A DNA stretch of 64,000 nucleotides from Rhynchobatus australiae (Eukaryota). Positions 38,853 to 51,444 of the stretch are shown in pieces. The stretch is from NCBI GenBank assembly GCA_034780895.1, contig JAUZTB010000098.1, positions 48,070,906 through 48,134,905 on the forward strand, given 5' to 3'. A program made the translations under genes and the position numbers. The notes below the pieces were generated by a model, which saw nothing but the letters and a program-made list of their open reading frames with translations, searched no databases and was not told the DNA's origin. Positions within the stretch are counted from its first letter, which is position 1; every line of letters begins with the position of its first letter.

Positions 38853-38913
38853 TAGATTCCTGAAGTGTAGACTGGTTGCATTGCTTGGTAAATCTTTAAA
38901 AATGGGCGGCAAA
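38853..38913 (-). CDS. TNS3: TNS3 exon, C2 domain ([21 protein letters not shown]), 61 nt, phase 1/2
   Basis: cag|TTTGCCGC...ATCTA|gtaagt; the pyrimidine tract falls in the 10-N gap at 38917-38926. Confidence 0.93.
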
Positions 38914-39648
38914 CTGNNNNNNNNNNATTGCACAGCTATGTACAATTCTTTAATGGCTGATCTATAATAAATACTGCTCTTCAAATTAACCTCATAAAGG
39001 AAACGTAAAGTGAGGTACAATTGTATAGAAAATAGAATTTCTTTTTATCACGGAAATTTAGCCTTGATAATAGTCATCGAGTAACACAGCACGGAAGCAG
39101 GTGCTTTGGCCCAAGTTGTCCCGCCAACCACGATGCCCATCTAAACTAGTCCAATTAGCCTACGTTTGGCCCATATCCCTCTAAACTTTTGCGACCCAAA
39201 TACTAAAGAGAGATTAGTCAAGAATTTAGCTCACCATTTCTTTCTTTTGTGGAAGCATTAGTTCCACTAATGAAATTTTCAGCTTGTTAAGGTTGGCTGA
39301 ATGGCAGCTTTAACTCCAGCCTCTACAGTTTGCAAGTGTTAGTCATGGAAATGTTTGGCATTAAAAACACATTTGAACTTTGATAAAACATGAAAAGTTG
39401 TATGACCATTTTATACTTAACTTTACTGAGCAGTTTCCTGAAGAGTAACCAAATAGTTCTCTGATTCACAGGCAAACCAGTTTGAGAATCACCAAGTCAG
39501 AGCACACAGAGTACAGCATGATTGCAATTCTTAACACGGCAATTTTGCAGCTTATAAACACAAAAGGAGGTTCATCTTAACTATTAATGATTGTTATTTG
39601 GTGACTAAATTTCTATGTCCCCATTCTTTGCTGACTTCAAAGAATTAC

Positions 39649-39761
39649 CTCCGCCAGTATCAAAACTGGGAATGCCGTGCAAAATGACAAAGTGCAGGAA
39701 CAATGGAGTGGTGTTCATTTTCACTGAACCAGACAGCAGACCATTTAAAAAATGGACATAC
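39649..39761 (-). CDS. TNS3: TNS3 exon, start of C2 domain ([37 protein letters not shown]), 113 nt, phase 2/1
   Basis: ttccttcag|GTATGTC...GGCGGAG|gtaatt; lies inside ORF 39605..39997. Confidence 0.95.
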
Positions 39762-39989
39762 CTGAAGGAAAAAAAACAAAATATAAAGTTAGTCTGATCT
39801 ATGGTACTTATTACTTTCTTTAATCTTTCAACTATTAAAAATGCACGTTCATGTAATGTCATGAACCAACTGTTGAGAGACACGCCATGGGAGAAGTGAG
39901 TAAGTGAAGCAAGTTCCTGGGAGAGAAGGTCCTTTCCAATTACAGAAGGTAGACATTTGAAATAAATGTTAGGTAACACTGGTCTCCAT

Positions 39990-40980
39990 GAAGACAAAGA
40001 GACACTGCAAATGCTGGAAGCTAGAACAACAACAGAACACTGGAAGTACTCAGTGGGACAAGCAGTGTCTGTGGATTCAAAAGGTGTAAGTCAACATTCT
40101 GGGTCAAGACCCTGCATTAGGACAGAAGGGACACAGAAAAGATTGCCAGAATGCCAGTACATAGCAAGGGTTTGGGGAATAGAGGCTGGTCACTGGTAGA
40201 TGGAACCAGATGGGGAGTGGCTGACAGGCAGATAGAACCAGGTGGGGGAGTGGATAGGAGGGATGAACAAAGGGAGAAGGAAACTAAGTGGACAGGGCAG
40301 TGTATACAATGGGAGCACTGGGGGGGGTGGGGGGGGTTGGTGACGGGGATGGCGGGTGTGGGTTACCTGAAATTGTTAAATTCAATATTCATACCATTGA
40401 TTGTTATCTTCTCAAGTGAGATATGAGTTGTTTGTTCTTCCAATTTGCATTAGGCCTCTCTGAAGCAATGGANNNNNNNNNNNNNNNNNNNNNNNNNNNN
40501 NNNNNNNNNNNNNNNNNNNNNNNNNNNNNNNNNNNNNNNNNNNNNNNNNNNNNNNNNNNNNNNNNNNNNNNNCAATGGAGATGGCTGAGGACAGAAAGGT
40601 CAGTGTGGGAGTGGGAAGGGGAGTTAAAATGACATGCAACCGGAAGCTCAAGATGGCCACTGCGGACAGAGCACAGGTGTTCTGCAAAACAGTTGCATAG
40701 TCCTCACTTGGTTTTACCAACGTGAGGCCACATTGTGAACACCAAATGCAATAGATCAGGTTGGAGGATGTGCAGGTGAATCTCTGCTTCACTTTGAAGA
40801 ACCATTTAGGTGGTGGTGGTGGTGGTGGGTGTGGGTGGGGAGAGAGTTCAGAGCAGATGTGCTGAAAATGGAGGAAATGTGTGTGGTGTGAAGGCTCCAT
40901 CAATTATGGTAGAAAGGAAGCCTTGTTTCAGGAAGGAGGAGGACGTTTCAGAAGCTTTCTTGTTTGGCTGAAGGGAGCTG
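39990..40980 (-). mobile_element. Penelope-like element 3' part (GIY-YIG) with terminal arm
   Basis: ORF 40412..40903 contains FKVKQRFTCTSSNLIYCIWCSQCGL; terminal arm at 39990-40125 matches the fold-back elements. Confidence 0.8.
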
Positions 40981-41185
40981 GAACGCCACTTATGCATGTT
41001 TCCCGAACTAGTTACAACTTTCTTCCTATTTATTCTGTCACCCTCAGGACGGGGCAAGGTGAGTAGGTGAACGTTCCTTCATTGTCAAGGTTTATCAACT
41101 GGATTCCTTGCAATCTTTTTCTATTTACTAACATGAAAGTTCACATTCATGGATCGGGATCTGCAGTTAATATTTGACTTTCATC

Positions 41186-43761
41186 GAATCATACAGCCTG
41201 GAAATGGGGCCGTTTGGCCCGACTGGTCCATGCCAACCAAAGTTCCCATCTAAGCTAGTCCTGTTTGCCCATGCTTAGCCCATATCGCTCTAAACCTTTC
41301 CTATCCATGTACCTTCTAAATGTTGTTTATGCACCTGCTTCAACCACTTCCCCTGGCAGCTCATTCTACACACTGATCACCCTCTGGCTGAAAAAGCCGC
41401 CTTCAGGTTCCTATTAAATCTCACCCCTCTCACCATAAACCTATGCCCTCTAGTTCTTGATTCCCCAACCCTGGGGAAAAGACTGTATGTATTGACCCTA
41501 TCTATGACCCTTAGGATTTCATACACCCCTATAAAATCTCCCCTCATTCTCCTCCGCTTCAATGAAAAAAGTCCCAACCCGCTCGCCCTCTCTCCATAAC
41601 TCAGTCCCTCAGATCCCGGCAACATCAGGATCCTTGTAAATCTCCAATCAAAAGATCCTTGTACATCTCCCTCTGCACTCTTTCCAGCTTAATGGCAACT
41701 TTCCTGTAGCAGGGTGACCAAAACTGAACACAATATTCCAAATGTGACCTCAGCAACATCTTGTACAATTGTAACATAACATCCCAACTTTATACTCAAT
41801 GCCCGGACTTACGAAGGCCAGCATGCCGAAAGCCACCTTCACCACCCTGTCCACCTGTGACGCCACTTTCAGTGAACCATGCACTTGTACTCCTAGGTCC
41901 CTCTGTTCTACAACACTCCTCAGGGTCCTACTGTTCACTGTGAAATTCCTATCCTCATTTGTCTTCCTAAAATGCAATGTATTCCAAATGTGACCTCATC
42001 AATGTCTTGCACAACTACAACATAACATCACAATTTCTATACTGAGTGCCCTGACTGATGAAGGCCAACTTGCCAAACAGCCTTTTTCACCACCCTGTCT
42101 ACCTGCAGCACTACTTTCAGAGAACCATCTATTTGTACTCCTAGGTCCCTCTGTTCTATAACACTTCCCAAGGCTTTACTACTAAATGTGAATGTCCCAC
42201 CCTGATCTGTCTTCTGAAACTGCAACACTTGCACTTATCCGAATTAAACTCCATTTGTCATTCCTCAGACCAGCTACCAGCTGATCAAGATTCCTCTGTA
42301 AATCCTAATAACTGTCTTCACTGTCAATGATATCACCTATTTTAGTGTCATCTGCAAACAATGCCCAGGACATTCTCATCCAAATCAATAGATGACAAAT
42401 ACCAATGCACCTAGCACTGACCCTTGGAGAACTCCACTAGTCACGGGCTTCCAGTCTGAAAAACAAACTTCTACCATCACCCTCTGCTTCCCACCATCAA
42501 GCCAATTCTGTATCCAATTAGCCAGCTCTCCCTGGATCCCATACAATCTAATTTTCCATAGCAGGCTACCATGTGGAACCTTATCAAAGGCTTTGCTGAA
42601 GTCCATATAGACCACATCTACTGCCCTGCTCTCATTGACCTTCTTGGTTACTTAACTCAATCATTTACTCCTTCAAAAACTCAATCAAATTTCTAAGACA
42701 CGTCCTCCCATGCACAAAGCCATGCTATCCCTAATCAACCAGTCTTTCCAAATGCTTGTATATCTTATCCCTCAGAATCCCCTCTAGTAACTGACCTACC
42801 ACAGTTGTTAGGCTGACTGGTCCATGGTTCCCAGATTTTCCTTTGCAGCCCTTCTTAAATAAATGCACAACATTAGCCACCCTCCAAGTCTTCTAGCACT
42901 TGACCTGTCACTATTGATGATATATATATACCTCAGCCAGGGCTCCCACAATTTCTTCTTCAGCTTCCCACAGTGTTCTTGGTATACCTGATCAGAACCT
43001 GGAAGTTTATCTACCTTCATATGCTTTAAGACATACAGTTCCTCCTTTGCTGTAATGCAGACTATCCCTAAGACATCCCCATTAACCATCTCAAGTTCCG
43101 AAGCCTTCATGTCTTTCTCCACAGTAAAAACTGAGGAGAAATATTCATTGAGCACTTCACCCATCACCTGCAGCTCTCCACGAAGTTGTTCACTTTGGTC
43201 TTGGAAGGGCCTGATTCTCTCTCTCGTTACTCTTTTTGCCTTAACATACTTATAAAATCCCTTTGGATTCTCTTTAATCTTCTCTGCCAATGTTATCTCA
43301 TGCCCCCTTTTTGCCCGTTCAAATTTCCTTCGTAAGTATACTCCAGCATCCTCTATACTCATCCAGGGAATTACTTGATCCCAACTGTCTGTACCTGGTC
43401 CATGCTTCCTTCCTTTTCCTGACAAGAGCATCAATATCTCTCGTCATCCAGGTTTCCCTACTCCTGCCACGTTTGCCCTTCATTCTCACTGGAACATTGC
43501 AGATCTTGAACTCTCAAAATCTCAGTTTTAAAAGCCTCCCACTTGCCAGATGTTCCTTTACCTCCAAGCAACCTACTCCAATCAACTTTTTCAAGTTCAT
43601 GTCTAAAACCGTCAAAATTTGCCTTGTTCCAATTTAGAACTTTAACTTATGGACCGGATCTGACCCTTTCCGTAACTGATTTAAAACTAATAGAACTATG
43701 GTCATGGGTCCCAAAGTGCTCCCCGACTGACACCTCAGTCACTTGTCCTGCCCTATTTCCC
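41186..43761 (-). mobile_element. CR1 LINE, about 2.6 kb, 5'-truncated and frameshifted, with an internal in-register insert
   Basis: [52 protein letters not shown]. Confidence 0.92.
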
Positions 43762-46700
43762 ACTTAAATACAGTACAATCTAATAGTTTTGCTTTGTTTC
43801 AATGCTCTAATTAAAGATTTTTTCAGATCCTATAAAATTCTGTTTTAGGTTTCTGATAGGAATTTAGTATTTTAGGATAGCTAAAGTTCAGAAGTCAAAT
43901 TTGTACAAAATACTTGCTCAGAAGAGACACCATTAACACCTGTTTCCTTTGAGAAGTTATTCCAAATTTTGGGGTCACCAGATTTGTTTACTGCACTTCC
44001 AAAATCAACATAACATGTTCTCAACTGAACCTTTCTTCCCCCCAAATAAGCCATGAAGTTTACTTAAAACCACAGATTTTTGCATGGTCACCACCCAAAA
44101 TGAACTTAACACACAAAAGCTTCAGTGTTGTGGGGGGTGGATACCAATGATCCAATTTAACAACTGCCTCCATAACTGTGGCACTTCACGTGTAGAAGAA
44201 AGATGCCAGTTCTCAAATGAAGTTTCCAACAACACAATGTAGTTTTAAATTTGTTCCTAGAATATCTATTCCTCAAGCATTCTTGGGTCCTTGAGATTCC
44301 TGTGATCCTTTCAACATTTAACACTTACTGTTTTTGCTTTGCATCCTGTACAGCACAAAACTTTTTGACAGCTTTTTAAAAGGAATAGATTTAAAAGGAT
44401 TGTTAGTCAGGAACTGATGGCGACACTTAGGAAATTCAATTATTGGGAATAGAAAACCTGAATTAAGCTTCATCAAGATTTTTCAGACAGTTAAAAAGCC
44501 ATTCATTGTCTCTGGGCTTTGACAGGCTGAAAGAACAGGAAAGCATCAATGATGAAAGACTTGTCAGCCTTGGTCATTCATGAGATCACCGAGGACACAG
44601 ATTCTTCCCACGCATCTCCAGATAAGCCTGGAGCCAAGGTCCTACTGGGGCCAGCAATCCTAGGTGTGGAACAGCAGAGATTAATAGTCCTTTGCCAAAT
44701 GGTGGTTTATTTCTGATGTATCTCACTGCAATAAAGAAAAGTTGTATGACTAGTCTCTTGCCAATCTCTGCCTACATTTTTCAGGCTTCAGGGAGTGAGA
44801 TCCCACAACAGAGAACTGTTCCAAATCACAAAGCATGAACCTGAGTTGCTTTTGTAACTTTAAGAAGTAGATTACATGCTTTTTTATCCTGTAGTTTAAA
44901 ATTAGAAATAAAGTCTCAACATATGTGCATTGAAAATAATCTCTAAGATTTATGTTGGTTTAGAAGTAGCACGATTATGTTCAAAGAGTTAGATTTTCCA
45001 TGAGAAAATCACAATGCTAAGACTATTGCTCTCTTATGTACTGCCAAAGCAAGTTATCCTTTGAAGTAGCTACTCTACATGTTATAGAGTATTGGTTAGT
45101 TTAGAAAAAAATAAACGAATAAAATGGATTGTTCCTTTCCCCAGATGGTGCTAAAGTTATCCTTAAATTACAAAAGCAGAGCATCATTTTCATTACAACC
45201 AACGTTAATGCAAATATCAATCCCAAATGCTCAGAGGAACTAGTTGGCACACTAACCCCTCAGCTCAAGTTAAGGCTCCAATCCAGACCGTATTAACTGG
45301 CATTAATGTGTCCTGACTGCATGAGTCTTGTGTGAAATGAGATTGAAAACTACCCAGAGGGCATGTGGCACACCAGGGACCTGAAATATATCCCAGTCTC
45401 CAGTAACCAACATCATTAAATTATCTGTCTTTTCCAGAGTTATAATGGAGATGACTTTCATATTAATATCCCACATTATTATTATTTCACATTCGTGTAA
45501 CAGATATAGTGAAATATTGAGGAGTCCGAGGATGCAATAAAATTTTCTTCAGTTATACCAAGCATAGAATCTTCATTGCAAAAGCACAAAGCTATACACT
45601 TTTGCTGGAATTGGCACATTAGTGACAGGAAAATGTTATATTTTTGAAGGGGTTGTTAAAGTTGTCGTTGCAGCCATGGCAAAACTATGCACTTCCACTT
45701 GTATTTGTCATGGCAATGCTTAACAAGTTTCACTTCCTTTTTCCAGCTGGGTCTGAAATGATTTATTCACCAAAAGCTATCCATTCACCTTGCAGATATA
45801 AAAGAGCCCTTTACCAAGGAATGGAAATTTTATTACATACTTCATCAATAAGAGGTTGTTTATTTACTTCATCCAATGCAAGTACACATTTAAAAGTACC
45901 CTCCTCTGCATACGACTGGCTGACATACTAAACCTTAAAAAAACTTGATACAAGAATATCATACAGCATTTCATTCATATTCAAATGTGCCACTAGAAAC
46001 ACCTTTACAAACACTATTGATTTAAAAATATATCAAGTTGAAATTTCATGGATAAGCTATCCATCCTATAGCTGATTCCCATCTTTGCAGCTGTGACTAA
46101 TCTCAGGCAAAGTCGCAAAAGAATATCGACATTGCATCATGCTCGACAGGGGGAATGGGGTGGCAGTGGAAGAGGGGTATCAGCCCTCCGTGTTCACTCT
46201 CCTGCAGCATTTTTCTCTAGCAGTACGTCAACTATCGACTTCAGTTCTTCCCACCCACTCTAATTGAACAGATTTCCAACAAGGACTTGTGCCCAAAATG
46301 AGCCATCGGGAACCCCAGGTTTCAGAGAATAGAAAAATAATTGTACAGGAGGGCAGAGAAAATAAAGTAAAACCAGAACCAACATTTTCCTGGTTCTGCT
46401 TTTTAACCATTACAGTGAACGAGATTGCTTAACACTTACCTGGAAGTGTTGTACCTGGAATAATTTCTCTTGTTTTGCCACATAAATATCACTGCATGAC
46501 TGCTATGCTTTGCTTGAGAACTAGTCCTGCTTTTTGTTCTCAAGCATTGTGTTAGAAAAAGAAAAATGAGCGCCAAATTGTCTTTTATTTTTGCAGCAGA
46601 TTGTATGCAATTCAATTCAATGGATTAGAGGGCAAAATCTGGGATTGTGTTGGTATGCATGGCTCCAGGATGAAAACTTTGTCTCCAAAACACTGATAAT

Positions 46701-47167
46701 ACTTCTAGCATCTTTTCTTCATTCATTTTTCTTCAGTAAACATCAAAACAAGTAAGCAGTAGCTTTAGCAATTCACCACAGTTCATTTCAGTTACCTCTC
46801 ACCATTCTCCAGATGTGTGCAATTACTATGTAGTGAAAATGTATTTAACAGGGATTAAGATAAAATCACAAACCAAAAATGTAAAATTATTTACACAAAA
46901 TCCAATGCCAGATCTTTTAAAAACAAAATTGAAATGTTAATTCTTGAATTCTGAATTTATTTTTCAAACTGTGGTGATAGATTATCCAGGCTGCTCAGCA
47001 CACTGCTGCTTTAAGTTGTACTTTGGGCTAAAGAGTCTTAAATTTTATTCTTCATCTCCACTGAAGTGATTTTCAAGATATCATTGAAAAATTGATGAGC
47101 TCATAACATCGGCCAGTTAATAAAAGGAGTTCAAGTGAGATCAAATAAGCTAACTTCCCAGACTCAC

Positions 47168-47251
47168 CGTTTCTGTGATGGTTGCATTAAGGCAGAAACT
47201 TTATCATCATAGAATTTCTTCATTGCAAACCTGTCAAGAGCTTGATCAGCA
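47168..47251 (-). CDS. TNS3: TNS3 exon ([28 protein letters not shown]), 84 nt, phase 2/2
   Basis: ttacag|TGCTGAT...AAACG|gtgagt; PTEN/tensin PSQxRY motif. Confidence 0.95.
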
Positions 47252-47499
47252 CTGTAATGATAAACAGTTCAGATGAGTGAACTTTAAACATCAACAGCAG
47301 GCAAAAGTAATGCTTAGATGGCAAACACCATTTTAAAGTCAGAAAGCTGTTCAGATAGACATGAGAAAAGCTGAAAGTTAAGCAAATTTGAAGTTGTACT
47401 ATTATGAAGTGGGACCGGGTTAGTTGCTTGCCTGCCAAATTTCTTAGTAGCTGTCTGTTGAGCAGCAGCAACAAGGTTAAATTTTGTACCAAAGCAAAA

Positions 47500-47700
47500 T
47501 ATTGAAGGTAATTGGAACAATAAATCCTGGAAATTTTCAGCAGGTCAAGCAACATGTGGAGAAAAATGAGAATTAACTTTTCAGTTTGATGAATTTTTAT
47601 CAGAACTGTTCTAATGAAAGATCACCAAGCTGAAACTTTGACTCTTTCTATCTTTCCATGTATTACCTCAGTATTTTCAACCTTTTCTGTTTGATTTCAA
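47500..47700. mobile_element. Penelope-derived fold-back element (old copy)
   Basis: ctggaaattttcagcaggtcaagcaacatgtgg arm and two head-to-head decayed CTGATGA...GAAA cores at 47580-47640. Confidence 0.5.
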
Positions 47701-47933
47701 GTCATTTTTTAAATATTCATTTTATGGGACGTGGATCATACGGGCAAGGCCAGCATTTATTGATCATTCCAAGACAAAAGGAATATACCTTTTGCATAAG
47801 ATGGCAAGACAAGAAGTAAGAAATAGGAAAAGAACATAATGATTTTGACAAATCACCAATTAACTAATAGAGTCCTCACAATCAAAGACTGTACCGACTT
47901 TAGCAAAGTGCATCAATCAATTTCAGGTATTAC

Positions 47934-47998
47934 CTTGCAGAAATATTGGTGAAGTGCATATATGATGAAATAACCACTCCTATTCTTCCTTTACCTCC
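47934..47998 (-). CDS. TNS3: TNS3 exon (GGKGRIGVVISSYMHFTNISAS), 65 nt, phase 0/2
   Basis: ctctccag|GGAGGTAAAGGAAGA...GCAAG|gtaata; completes the P-loop. Confidence 0.95.
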
Positions 47999-49034
47999 CT
48001 GGAGAGAGAAAAAAAATGAAACACGTGAAACCTAGTTTCTGATTGACATCTAAAGGGAATCCACAAGGTAAAAACATGCTGCCTGCTTCTGTCATTTATC
48101 ACATGAATGATATTTACAAGATTAATGACGTATGCATAAGGAAAGGAAGGATATTAACTCTAGTTGGAAATCTTTTATAATACAAGCGAGCTTTTCACTG
48201 CAAGACTATGATTAACACAGTCAGCACATTACAATTATTATTATTGAAAGATAGTCAACTGAAGCAATAGGATTTAATTTGCTTTTAAATGAGTAAATTA
48301 GTTCCCAGTAGAACTAAACTGATATCCACACAGTTAATTATGTAAGAAGTAGAATAATTAAGACATCTGCAAGCCTGGAAGCACATTAAAACGAGTAACA
48401 CTGATGTTAAAGTGCTCACTTAACTGAGCAACATTAAATATTGATTGATATAAATAGGAATGAAAGCCCACAGCTTTCATTCAAATAAAAACTCCCACTT
48501 CAAGACAATTAGAAAATAGCTCTTGCTACAGCTTCTGAGAAATTGCATCACTGAAGTTTTGGTGGTGGTGCAGGGAGGGGGTGAGTTAGTTCATGAGATT
48601 TTGTTAGTTAAATAGAACAACTTCTGTTATTTTACACAGATCATACTTGACTTTTCTCTGAACCTTACTTTTTCCCAGCTCAGATGAAGAACTATGTCAC
48701 AGCAGGTAGACTTAGCTTTTGTTCTAGCTTGTTTGCAGCAAAGAATGGAATGTGATTAATTTTACTTCCATCCTCTTTTGAGGTGTTGGCAACTGCAGGG
48801 ATCAAGTTGTACCCAGCTCAACTGCCCATTCTTCATGAGAGAAGTGACAGCAAATACTTGCAGGCTATTTGAACACTGATGTCACTGCAGTTCAGGCTGT
48901 ATTATCAAATCATTTCAATTCAATTCTTATACCCAGCAATGGTTACAATCATAAGAGGGAACAATAGCTGATGTTTTATGCCATTCCTTGACTGTGGCTT
49001 GAAGACAATTGAGACTGGCTATCTACCCTCCCTT

Positions 49035-49135
49035 TCCAGACCAGATTATGGGTCTCAACCCAAAACGTTGACTGTCCATTTCTTTCCACAGATGCTGCCT
49101 GACCTACGAAGTTCCTCTGGCACTTTTTGTGTTGC
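49035..49135 (+). mobile_element. Penelope terminal-arm fragment
   Basis: gggtctcaacccaaaacgttgactg...ccacagatgctgcctgacc. Confidence 0.6.
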
Positions 49136-49279
49136 TTGAGATTAGTTAATAATGTTGCTAGTGTCCAAGCATCTAGAAATATCTGTCTCTATCAGAGTAG
49201 CAGGAAAGTCCTTCCACAAATTTCTATATACTGTAAATCTACTCTCTAGACCCTTTTAAATTTTATGTTATGATATAAC

Positions 49280-49470
49280 ATTCTGACAGGTGCATGGAAC
49301 ACATTGCTGGCAGAGGTTGTGGGGGCAGATACATTAGGGACAGTAGATAGCCACATGAATGATAGAAAAATGGAGGGCTACGTGGGAGGGAAGGGTTAGA
49401 TGATCTTAGAGCAGGATAAAATGTCGGCACAACATTGTGGGCCGAAGGGCTGTAGTGCTCTATGTTCTAA
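49280..49470 (+). mobile_element. CR1 3' tip
   Basis: ggtgcatggaacacattgct...gtgggccgaagggc...ctatgttcta. Confidence 0.7.
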
Positions 49471-49775
49471 TAATGAAAAGTGAATGAACTTGGGGTAAAT
49501 GACCCAAGACATGTATTTTGCACAAGGTCAGGTTAGTTAGACTCTGTGACTAGGTTCCACCCAACTGTGGTCTGATCTGGTTTCAAACACATCATATCTG
49601 GCAAGACTACTATATCTGCCACCGTAGCTCAGGCAGGGAGAGGGAAAAGAAACACAAGAAGAGCTAGATTAAGGTGATACTAAATTTTTGAGTAAAGAAT
49701 TGTATCTTATTCCAAAATTTTATAATTTTGATTGCATCACACAATCAGCAAATGAAATATTTCCAACCGTACACT

Positions 49776-50110
49776 GGGCAGCACAGCAGTACAGTGAGAA
49801 CTACCGCCTGACTGCTCCAGTGATCTGGTTTCAATCCTGAACTCCTGCTGCTAACAGTCTGTATGGAGTTTGTACATTCTCCCCGTGACTGCATGGTTTT
49901 CATCCAGGTACTCCAGTTTCCTCTTATGCACCAAAGAGGCACAGATTAGTGGGTTAGTTGGTCACTGTGAATTGGCGCTGGTATGTAGCTAGGCGATAGA
50001 ATCTGGGTGGAATTGATGAAGACCCAGGGAGCATAAAATGGGATTAGTGTAAATGGGTGGTTGGTGTGTAGTGCAGACTCAGTGGGCCATAGAGCCCGTT
50101 TCTGTGCTAG
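49776..50110 (+). mobile_element. tRNA-derived V-SINE (HE1-like)
   Basis: gtttcaatcctga, ggagtttgtacattctccccgtgactgcatggtttt V core and CR1-type tail. Confidence 0.72.
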
Positions 50111-50869
50111 ATAATTCTAAATTCCCTCATTATAAGCATACAAGTTCAACAAAAAACACCTGACAACAAACTAATTATGATTTTCCTCCACATTCAAATA
50201 CTTACAATATAATTTGGTAGATCCCTTAGAGCACACAAGTGTATAATCATTTTAAAATTATGATAAAGAGCAAGAATAGTTAAATAGAAACTTCTAGGTT
50301 CAGAAAATTTAAACTACAACAATACAAACATCAAGTTATGATTTAGAACAGGCAAGTCCTTACACTCAGCCTAAACCCTTTGTGAAATCTCTGATGTCAC
50401 GTTTGGAAATCTGATGCAGGCTGTTAAATATGTTTTTTATTGAATAAAATGTGTTCTTTAAATGTTGTCTTAAATGGTTAACAACAGATGAATCAAAGGT
50501 TCTGGGGGACAGGCAGAAAAGTGGGGTTTGGGCTGCGATCAGAACAATTATGACCTTTGGAATGGTGTAGAATGCTTGAGCACTCCAGGTCTTGTTTGCA
50601 TTGGTGTGTGTAAATAGGATTATTACGCTAACATTTGAAATGCCAACTAATCAAGCAACTACTTTGATTACTTTCATTCACTGCAGCTGGATTAACTGAT
50701 AGGAGATCAAAAAAGGGGGATGTTCTGGGGCTGAAAAGACTTTCACAATAAAGAGTAGTGGACAGCATTATTGAACAGATTTCCATTACACTGTGATGGT
50801 AACAGCAGTGAGGGTGGGCAAGTGGTGGTGTGCAGAGAGATCTGTGAAAAGCACAAACAAGCTCTCATT

Positions 50870-51328
50870 TTACTCTTCTTCATCTTCATCTTCTATCTTC
50901 ATTCTTCATCATCTTCATTCTATCTTCATCTTCATTCCATCTTCACCTTCCATCTTCATTCATCTTCATTCTTCATTCTTCAATCTTCATTCTTTATCTA
51001 TCTTCGTTCTTCAATCTTCGTTCTTCATCTTCCCTGCAGACTTGGAGACACATTCTTCATCTTCAATCTTCTTTCTTCATTTTTATCCTTCATCTTCTTC
51101 AATCTGCATTTTCAATCTTCATTTTTCATCTTCTTCAATCTTCATCTTCTATCTTCTTCATTCTTCAATCTTCATCTTCAACTTCATTCTTCAATCATCT
51201 TCATTCTTCATTCATCATCTTCTTCCCTGAAGACTTGGAGACACATTCTTCATCTTCAATCTTCTTTCTTCATCCTTCATCTTCTTTCTTCATCGTCTAC
51301 ATCTTCCCTGCCTACTTGGAGACACATT
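50870..51328 (+). repeat. Low-complexity (CTT/CAT)n pyrimidine-rich tract with three embedded ~24-bp motifs
   Basis: tcttcatcttc units; tccctgnnnacttggagacacatt starting at 51031, 51224 and 51305. Confidence 0.9.
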
Positions 51329-51444
51329 TGTGTATGTATCTGAGGTCAAGATAGCCCACACCACGTTGGTAAGTCTGGCATTCCTCATGTTTAAATCTGG
51401 ATAGTGATGCATCTTCAGGCTGCTCAACTCATAATCATCCAAGG

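Noticed and set aside
51031-51328. Three spaced ~24-bp direct repeats resembling a CRISPR array
   Set aside because: Vertebrate intron, spacers of unequal length made of low-complexity CTT/CAT units, and no cas genes.
50771-51343. 190-aa Phe/Ser/Ile/Leu-rich ORF resembling a membrane protein
   Set aside because: Product of a stop-poor low-complexity repeat.
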